Part shown: one piece after another, positions 57,863 through 64,000 of the stretch | Numbering within the stretch: the stretch's first letter is position 1 | Layout: every line of letters starts with the position of its first letter | Source of the DNA: Candidatus Moraniibacteriota bacterium | Lineage (GTDB): Bacteria; Patescibacteriota; Minisyncoccia; Moranbacterales; UBA1568 | Reading direction: 5' to 3' | NCBI GenBank assembly: GCA_016182385.1 | Contig: JACPGV010000011.1 | Coordinates: forward strand, 22,888-86,887 | DNA: 64,000 bases | The notes under the pieces: generated by a model | Seen by the model: the letters and a program-made list of their open reading frames with translations, nothing else | Told to the model about the DNA's origin: nothing | Database searches by the model: none | Program-made: the position numbers and the translations under genes

Positions 57863-59572
57863 CTATCGATTGACCGCGCTATCCTCAAGACGCACGGCAT
57901 CCTTTTCCTTGTCTACAGAGGTTTTTGATTTGAAAAAATGACCAGTAAGTTTGCCAAAAACATTCTTCCAAAATTTCTTTGAAGTAAAGCTCACATTTGT
58001 TTTTGTTTGATTTGGATCAAAGTCAAGCAAATGCCCTATAAGTCTCTTTCCTGCTGAATAAAAAAACTTCAAATCATCAATGCTACGAATACTTATAATT
58101 TTTCGAAAAATGAATCGTGGAGAGAAAAAGGCCGAATAAAGATCCTGGGTCAAACTCAAAAGCTGTTCCTGAGTCAAGGGAATCTTCATAACTGATCCAC
58201 GCATATCATAATCATCATAATCTTCCGTTACCAAGAGTCCTTTTTCCTTACACTCTTTCCACAGAGGGGTTCCCGGATACGGAACAACGATCGTCGCCTG
58301 CATGGTGGCAAAATATCCCTTCTTAAAACAGTATTTAGCTACGGCAATGGTCCGTTTCGAATCTTCATAATCTTCCCACGGATATCCAAGCATAATGGTA
58401 GCATGCGGCTCAAGACCAGCCTTTGAAGCCATGCGAGCGCCATTAATAGTGTCAGCTTCTTTTGTTCCTTTATCAAGCTTATCAAGTGTTTTTTGGTTTC
58501 CCGACTCCATTCCATACAAAATAAAACGAAACCCTGCCTTCGCCATGAGATTATAATATTCTTGATTCAAAGCATTAAACCGCATATTACAACCATAAAT
58601 AACCTTTTTGTTGTAACCACTCTCAATCAACAGCTCACAAAATTTCTTGAGTTTTGGACCAATAAAAAGTGTGCCGGCATCATCAAAAATTTCCCGAATA
58701 CCATATTTATCCACTACATGTTTCACCTCTGCAAACAAGCGTTCGGGAGAAAAGCTCCGATACGTACCAAGAGGATTGATCGTATGATCCCATACACAGA
58801 ACGTGCAACGATTCCACCAACAATCACGGCCACTGTACATATACGTTCCTGGTGTATATTTGTAATTTCCGTTTTCATAGGCGTACAATTCCCAACGAGT
58901 CAAATCCCGATCAATAAAAGGCAAAGCATCGAGAGCATGTCGCACCCAATCCGGACCAGAACTATAAATTTTTTCACCTGATGGCAAAGTTGTGGTTTCT
59001 TTTGGAGTGACTTTTATCTCAGTATTTCCTTCACGCCAATATACTCCCCCCTCAAGTTCTTCTCCTCGATAAATATGATTCAAGAGATTTACAATCAAAA
59101 AATCATAATCACCGCCTCGTAAAATATAGTCTATCTTGCTATTTTCAAATTGCTCAAGCGGCATGAAAGTAACATGATCTCCCACCCAAATAAGTTTGAG
59201 GTGCGGCAATTTTTCTTTCAAATCATTAATTTGCTTCCAATGTCTTTTAATAACCGGTGATTTTGATTCTACAAGTAAATACTCGGCCCCCGTGGCGCGA
59301 AGCTCATCAACCCACTGATCATATTCTTTATGCTCAGAAATACCATCCATCCAATAAACTTTATACCCTTGATCCTGAAGATACGAGGCGGCATAAGCAG
59401 GCACCATCGGATAAATGTATGTGGGGGCATTGAAATATTGAAACTGCCGGTTCTGACTCAGAAGTGCTACTCCTTTCTCTGATTTTATAGGCGGATATCC
59501 CACCGCCACCACTATTTCTTTTGGAAGAGGTATCAGATTTTTCTTTTCTTCTTTTGTCTCGCCAGTGTTCAT
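57863..59572 (-). CDS. Cobalamin-binding-domain radical SAM enzyme
   Basis: N-terminal B12-binding-like domain (VGDHVT, ILRGGDYD), GRDCWWNRCTFC Fe-S motif, GMESGNQ, PYPGTPL; ATG at 59572. Confidence 0.85.
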   Translation of the reverse strand: MNTGETKEEKKNLIPLPKEIVVAVGYPPIKSEKGVALLSQNRQFQYFNAPTYIYPMVPAYAASYLQDQGYKVYWMDGISEHKEYDQWVDELRATGAEYLLVESKSPVIKRHWKQINDLKEKLPHLKLIWVGDHVTFMPLEQFENSKIDYILRGGDYDFLIVNLLNHIYRGEELEGGVYWREGNTEIKVTPKETTTLPSGEKIYSSGPDWVRHALDALPFIDRDLTRWELYAYENGNYKYTPGTYMYSGRDCWWNRCTFCVWDHTINPLGTYRSFSPERLFAEVKHVVDKYGIREIFDDAGTLFIGPKLKKFCELLIESGYNKKVIYGCNMRFNALNQEYYNLMAKAGFRFILYGMESGNQKTLDKLDKGTKEADTINGARMASKAGLEPHATIMLGYPWEDYEDSKRTIAVAKYCFKKGYFATMQATIVVPYPGTPLWKECKEKGLLVTEDYDDYDMRGSVMKIPLTQEQLLSLTQDLYSAFFSPRFIFRKIISIRSIDDLKFFYSAGKRLIGHLLDFDPNQTKTNVSFTSKKFWKNVFGKLTGHFFKSKTSVDKEKDAVRLEDSAVNR

Positions 59573-59585
59573 ATTGAATTTGATG

Positions 59586-59840
59586 TTATTTTTTTGGATA
59601 AATTTTTTCACCGCCCTGATATACTTCGATCGCCAACACCGAACAAGATTGAGCCGCTTCAATAATTTTTTCAAGACTATCCCAGTCGCCATCTTTTATA
59701 ATGGCAATATTTTTTTCATCAAGATCAAAAGTTGACGGACTATACACGACACACGTAGCGGCACCGACACACTTTTCTCTCAAAATACGAATTTCAATAT
59801 CGCCTTTTTTTACTATCTGGAGAGCCTCATCTTGTTGCAT
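59586..59840 (-). CDS. Small monocluster ferredoxin, probably [3Fe-4S]
   Basis: CVGAATC...AAQSCSVLAI (second Cys replaced by Ala). Confidence 0.85.
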   Translation of the reverse strand: MQQDEALQIVKKGDIEIRILREKCVGAATCVVYSPSTFDLDEKNIAIIKDGDWDSLEKIIEAAQSCSVLAIEVYQGGEKIYPKK

Positions 59841-59931
59841 AAACAAACATCACCCGAAACATCGAGACGTCATCAAGAATTACCAAGATACAATACCACA
59901 AAAACTCAATCTTTACTAGAAAACAAGAATC

Positions 59932-60909
59932 CTAACGAAGCTTGCTTTTTAAGTTTCGCACCAACAAAAATCCAATAAGAAAATAAAAGCCGTAAACCAA
60001 ATGAGTGAAGAATATATAGTAAAGAGCATTGAAAAGAATGAAAGTATTTTTCTCAAACCGATACATATCCAGAAAAGATAGGAAAAGAGCTCCCCCGTAT
60101 AAAAACCACCCTATTTCATACCAAAAAAGAAAATGCGGGAAAAGAAAAATCGATCCAGTCCCTACTGTCACAAAAAGAAAAAAGAATGAGGGAATAAAAT
60201 ATTTGATACGCAATGACGTTTCCGGAAATTTTTTCGCGAAAAAACCTCGGTGCAGTCCATACCCATGCACTTGTTTCATATGTCGAAAAAATCCCTCTCG
60301 TCGATGATGATAAACATGAAGCGAAGGATCATACAGGATCTTTCCTTTTAATTTTTTTATAATATTCAAACACAGTTTCGTATCCTCTCCAGGCCAAAAT
60401 CCACAATCAAATCCATCAACATCAGCAAACGCCTGCTTTCGAATAGAAAGATTGACGCTCGGCCAATCGTCAACTAATCGTTTCTTTCCAACAGGCACAT
60501 AACGTTCTGGGGAACCACCGGAGAGAGAACTTAAAAAAACCGCCCCAGACACTTTCTGCCAAAAACTATCATGGGAAGGAGTAATAGCCGGTCCTCCAAC
60601 AGCGATAATAGAAGGATCGGAAAAATCATGATCCAAAATATCCAAAAAATTTTTTTCTGGATAAGCATCGTCATCGACAAAAATAAGTATTTCGCCCACC
60701 GCATCACGTATGGCGAGTGTTCGCTTCTCAGCCGGTCCGCAATGCCCGGTAGCTATTTGTCTTGTTTTTTGCCATGTTTCAGAAGTCGCCTTATCGGGAT
60801 AAATGATAATTTCATAATCATCACGAGATATCTCGAGTGTTTTTGGTACAGCCTCACGAATATAATCATTTATCTCCTTTACTGGAATAATAAAACTGTA
60901 TCGTATCAT
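59932..60909 (-). CDS. Glycosyltransferase family 2 with C-terminal TM helices
   Basis: SFIIP, FVDDD, GED, C-terminal hydrophobic segments. Confidence 0.88.
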   Translation of the reverse strand: MIRYSFIIPVKEINDYIREAVPKTLEISRDDYEIIIYPDKATSETWQKTRQIATGHCGPAEKRTLAIRDAVGEILIFVDDDAYPEKNFLDILDHDFSDPSIIAVGGPAITPSHDSFWQKVSGAVFLSSLSGGSPERYVPVGKKRLVDDWPSVNLSIRKQAFADVDGFDCGFWPGEDTKLCLNIIKKLKGKILYDPSLHVYHHRREGFFRHMKQVHGYGLHRGFFAKKFPETSLRIKYFIPSFFFLFVTVGTGSIFLFPHFLFWYEIGWFLYGGALFLSFLDMYRFEKNTFILFNALYYIFFTHLVYGFYFLIGFLLVRNLKSKLR

Positions 60910-60911
60910 AG

Positions 60912-61862
60912 CTACACAATGGCAAGTTTATGACGAAAATAATCAACTGTTTTTTGAAGCCCTTCATCAAGTTGCACTTTCGGCTCCCACCCATCAAGCT
61001 TTTCTTTCGCAAGAGCAATATCCGGATTTCGTTGTTTCGGATCGTCGGGCGGAAGATCTTTGTATACAATTCTGCTTTTACTTTCCGGAATAAAATGAAG
61101 GATTTTCTCAGCTAACTCTTTTATGGTGAATTCATTCGGATTGCCGATATTTACAGGACCGACAAATCCATCTTGATTCATCATTCTCATCATACCCTCA
61201 ATCAAATCATCTACATACTGAAAACTTCTTGTTTGAGATCCATCACCATAAATGGTAATATCTTCATTTTTTAAAGCCTGAACAATAAAATTTGACACTA
61301 CCCGACCATCATAAGGATGCATATTTGGTCCATACGTATTAAAAATACGAATAACACGAATATCTACTTTATTTTGACGATAGTAATCAAAAAAAAGCGT
61401 TTCCGCGCAACGTTTTCCTTCATCATAACAGGAACGGAAACCGACGGGATTAACATGTCCCCAATACGATTCTTTCTGCGGTGTGATTTCAGGATCGCCA
61501 TACACTTCCGAAGTAGAGGCTTGAAGAATACGTGCTTTGGTACGTTTTGCCAAACCAAGCATATTAATCGCTCCATGAACAGATGTTTTCGTAGTTTGCA
61601 CCGGATCAAATTGATAGTGAATAGGTGAGGCAGGACAAGCAAGGTTATAAATTTGATCCACTTCTACATACAGAGGAAAAGTAACGTCATGACGCATCAA
61701 ATCAAAACGCGGACAAGTCAAAATATCTAAAATATTATTCTTGCTTCCAGTAAAAAAATTATCAACACACAATACATCGTGTCCCTCTTTCAAAAGACGA
61801 CGACACAAATGAGAGCCTAAAAACCCCGCTCCACCTGTAACCAAAATTTTTTTTTCCGTCAT
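60912..61862 (-). CDS. UDP-glucuronate decarboxylase (UDP-xylose synthase)
   Basis: [52 protein letters not shown]. Confidence 0.93.
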   Translation of the reverse strand: MTEKKILVTGGAGFLGSHLCRRLLKEGHDVLCVDNFFTGSKNNILDILTCPRFDLMRHDVTFPLYVEVDQIYNLACPASPIHYQFDPVQTTKTSVHGAINMLGLAKRTKARILQASTSEVYGDPEITPQKESYWGHVNPVGFRSCYDEGKRCAETLFFDYYRQNKVDIRVIRIFNTYGPNMHPYDGRVVSNFIVQALKNEDITIYGDGSQTRSFQYVDDLIEGMMRMMNQDGFVGPVNIGNPNEFTIKELAEKILHFIPESKSRIVYKDLPPDDPKQRNPDIALAKEKLDGWEPKVQLDEGLQKTVDYFRHKLAIV

Positions 61863-61880
61863 ATACAAAACCTTTTCTTT

Positions 61881-61952
61881 TTAACGAAAATTAATCTTTT
61901 CTCGAACAATGTACAACGGGCGATTAATGACTTCGTTGTGAATACGAGCGAT
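61881..61952 (-). pseudogene. Orphaned 3' end of the GT2 gene at 63633-64000
   Basis: Translates IARIHNEVINRPLYIVREKINFR*, versus IARIHNEVINRPLYIVREEINGIEQ* in the intact gene. Confidence 0.9.
61917..61952. repeat. att-like direct repeat, left copy (36 bp, 1 mismatch to 63675-63710)
   Basis: CGGGCGATTaATGACTTCGTTGTGAATACGAGCGAT. Confidence 0.92.
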
Positions 61953-61997
61953 TGCGTCATGACCTTATTATAGTTCATTTTCTGATGAGATTCCAAT

Positions 61998-62264
61998 TTA
62001 TACCATATCTGAGCCTATATCTATACTTTTGACACTTTCTTTTCTCTGCCTTATACCACACTTGAAGTATTTGAGAGAGGCCGTCGACCGTTCAGAGGAT
62101 AGCCCTCTTTCTTTTTTCCTGTTTTTACTGTCTTTATCTACGAAGATATTGAATGACTGGTTCCGAAAACCTTCACAAAAACTTTTTACTCCGATCTGCT
62201 GTTTGAAAAAATCGACCAACTCTTTTTTATATTTTGAAGGAGTTTCTACCAATCCGTATTCCAT
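61998..62264 (-). CDS. Hypothetical protein or eroded gene fragment
   Basis: 88-aa ORF; the upstream frame continues through in-frame TGA codons. Confidence 0.35.
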   Translation of the reverse strand: MEYGLVETPSKYKKELVDFFKQQIGVKSFCEGFRNQSFNIFVDKDSKNRKKERGLSSERSTASLKYFKCGIRQRKESVKSIDIGSDMV

Positions 62265-62353
62265 TTTGAGATCATAATAAGTATCTCATTTAAGGAAAAG
62301 CTGCCTTCATCCGTTCTCCTCCACATACTTCTTACAATTTTTTCCTAATCATT

Positions 62354-63523
62354 TCAGTAAAAATTATCCACCGTCAATAATTTGACTTTCGCTTCGGAAT
62401 ATCTGTTCTTGAAAGCCTTGTTGATAGCTTTTCGCTTGTATTTAATCTCTACTCCGATAATTTCGCTACCTTTTTCCAGTACAACATCTATCTCGGAACC
62501 CTGCTTCGTTCTCCAATAATAAAATTTAAAGCCTCTATCAGAATAGCTGTCCTGTTTTATCAATTCACTGATTATGAAATTTTCAAACAAAGATCCTTTA
62601 TCCACTCTCGAATTCAAATCGGAAAAATCCTCAATCAAGGCATTTCTCACGCCAGTATCGTAGAAAAATATCTTTGCTGATTTCGATATTTCATCTCTTT
62701 TCCTTTTTGAATACGGATATAATCGAAACAAAATGAAGCTCTGCTCAAAAATCTCAATATACCTTTTGACAGTCCGCTGGTCAGTTTTCAAACTACTGGC
62801 CAATTCAGAATAATTTATAAGATTGCCAATCTGGAAAGCCAGAAGTTTCAATAAATTCTTAGCAAGCTTCTTATCCTCAATCAAATGTAATTCGAGAATG
62901 TCCTTGAAAATCAGACTATCCACAAAATTCAACAAGTATTTCTCATCATTCGGATATTTGATAAAATGAGGATACTGTCCATACACCAGAACACTATCCA
63001 GTATGTTCTTTATATCAAACGCATAGAATTGCTCTTTTGGGTTATCTTTTTCATCATCAATAATTTTTTCAAGAATGTTAAAATTCAAACTCTTCTCAAT
63101 ACCCTTCTGGTTCAGATATTCAGAAAAAGTAAGCGGGTAAATATTATAATCGATTTTTCTCCCCGCGAGACTCTCACCCGTCTTGTTTTTTATATGAAAA
63201 GAAGATGATCCGGTGATAATAATCCTCAGATTATTCATCTGATCATACAATATCTTTATAGCTCTTCCGGGATTGTCAAGCAGATGAATCTCATCGATGA
63301 TAATCTCTTTTGCCTTCTTATTTATAATTGTTTTATATGTCTCTATATCATATGTCTCCAATATCTTCTTGATCGGCTCATTATCCACAAGAAAATACTC
63401 CGCGTTCGGAAATATCTTTTTGACTATAGTTGTCTTTCCAGCCTGTCTCGATCCAAGCAAAATAAGTACTTGTTCGTACTTTTTAAAGTGTTCACTCATT
63501 TGGAAATCAAGATGTCTTTTCAT
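62354..63523 (-). CDS. AAA_14 ATPase - wHTH - DUF4143 (PD-(D/E)XK-like) protein
   Basis: GSRQAGKT, IIDEIH, ITGSSS, ESLAGRK, YPLTFSEY, FFYDTG, LFEN, YWRTKQGSEIDVV...VEIK. Confidence 0.9.
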   Translation of the reverse strand: MKRHLDFQMSEHFKKYEQVLILLGSRQAGKTTIVKKIFPNAEYFLVDNEPIKKILETYDIETYKTIINKKAKEIIIDEIHLLDNPGRAIKILYDQMNNLRIIITGSSSFHIKNKTGESLAGRKIDYNIYPLTFSEYLNQKGIEKSLNFNILEKIIDDEKDNPKEQFYAFDIKNILDSVLVYGQYPHFIKYPNDEKYLLNFVDSLIFKDILELHLIEDKKLAKNLLKLLAFQIGNLINYSELASSLKTDQRTVKRYIEIFEQSFILFRLYPYSKRKRDEISKSAKIFFYDTGVRNALIEDFSDLNSRVDKGSLFENFIISELIKQDSYSDRGFKFYYWRTKQGSEIDVVLEKGSEIIGVEIKYKRKAINKAFKNRYSEAKVKLLTVDNFY

Positions 63524-63548
63524 AAAAAATATGTCTTTTCGTGTATTA

Positions 63549-63598
63549 TATGTATAAAAAGATATATCTAATTATACATAATAAGGAATATTTGTCAA
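63549..63598 (-). promoter_or_regulatory. Promoter of the AAA/DUF4143 gene, with a 32-bp near-perfect palindrome over the -10
   Basis: TTGACA(63598-63593)-16 nt-TATAAT(63576-63571); TATGTATAA-aa-AGATATATCT-aa-TTATACATA at 63549-63580. Confidence 0.6.
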
Positions 63599-63632
63599 AT
63601 TCAAACAATACGACAGTCCGTCACTAACGATC

Positions 63633-64000
63633 CTATTGTTCAATACCATTTATCTCCTCCCGCACGATGTAGAGCGGGCGATTGATGACTTCGTTGTGAA
63701 TACGAGCGATATAAAGAGTAATAAAACCAAGAGAAATGAGAACGATGCCGATCAGAAACATATTACTGACACCAAGGATGGCAATGGGCGTAAACATGCC
63801 AGGTGCAAAAAACCAATCCGCAACAAGCATCATCGCAAGCAAGAGTCCGCTTATGAGCGTAATACAAATACCCAAATATCCGGCTAAACGAAGAGGGAGA
63901 AGTGAAAACGATGTAAGACTATTTATCGCCAAACGAACAAGCTTTACATAAGAATATCCAGCATTGCCGTAGAGACGCTCTGGAGCCACGAATTCTATCT
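63633..64000 (-). CDS. GT2 polyprenyl-phosphate glycosyltransferase (GtrB/ArnC-like), 3' part only
   Basis: R..G...YS..KL..LA...TSFS..PLR, two TM, YIARIHNEV..RPLYIV C-terminal signature. Confidence 0.88.
   Translation of the reverse strand, partial: IEFVAPERLYGNAGYSYVKLVRLAINSLTSFSLLPLRLAGYLGICITLISGLLLAMMLVADWFFAPGMFTPIAILGVSNMFLIGIVLISLGFITLYIARIHNEVINRPLYIVREEINGIEQ
63675..63710. repeat. att-like direct repeat, right copy (inside the GT2 CDS)
   Basis: CGGGCGATTgATGACTTCGTTGTGAATACGAGCGAT. Confidence 0.92.

Larger units (their letters stand above)
61953..63710. mobile_element. ~1.7-kb AT-rich islet inserted in the GT2 3' end (no integrase encoded)
   Basis: Bounded by 36-bp direct repeats; carries an AAA_14/DUF4143 gene and a replacement gene tail. 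Confidence 0.65.

Noticed and set aside
1-64000. CRISPR array, rRNA, IS/transposase, integrase, intron or intein
   Set aside because: No regularly spaced repeats, rRNA-like tracts or recombinase motifs were seen; dnaB and the other core genes are uninterrupted.
1-64000. Alternative genetic code (TGA = Gly) for the host genome
   Set aside because: Conserved genes such as cysS, eno and pgk end at TGA at expected lengths and have no internal TGA.

Overview
Bacterial chromosomal window with the gene content and A/T-rich, mostly SD-less leaders typical of a Patescibacteria/CPR (Parcubacteria-like) genome. The taxonomy is an inference; the standard code applies and TGA is used as a stop. About 1-39 kb is core genome: ftsEX, prfB with its programmed +1 frameshift, tRNA-Gln and tRNA-Thr, engB, CIRCE-hrcA-grpE-dnaK, yidD, corA, cysS, dnaB, recR, rplU, alaS, an FtsA-like/baseplate-J-like pair, eno, pgk, mraY, scpAB, rpmA, pyrG, rplI and queA. 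It is interrupted by a small variable region (7.4-10.3 kb) and by several orphan mini-genes that carry their own consensus promoter, strong SD and terminator. About 39-64 kb is accessory: an AbiE type IV toxin-antitoxin pair whose toxin has altered catalytic motifs, then a ~23 kb surface-glycan locus. That locus has two GT-C-like membrane proteins, three GT4s, two GT2s, three GMD-family SDRs, a sugar C-methyltransferase, three class I methyltransferases, a B12 radical SAM enzyme with a ferredoxin, and a UDP-xylose synthase. Top candidates for undescribed biology: (i) an NYN ribonuclease faced by a consensus promoter that drives a ~55-nt hairpin RNA; (ii) an integrase-less 1.7-kb islet that replaced the 3' end of a glycosyltransferase gene; (iii) the FtsA-like + baseplate-J-like membrane module; (iv) the recurrent self-contained mini-gene cassettes. 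No rRNA, CRISPR array, transposase or integrase was seen.
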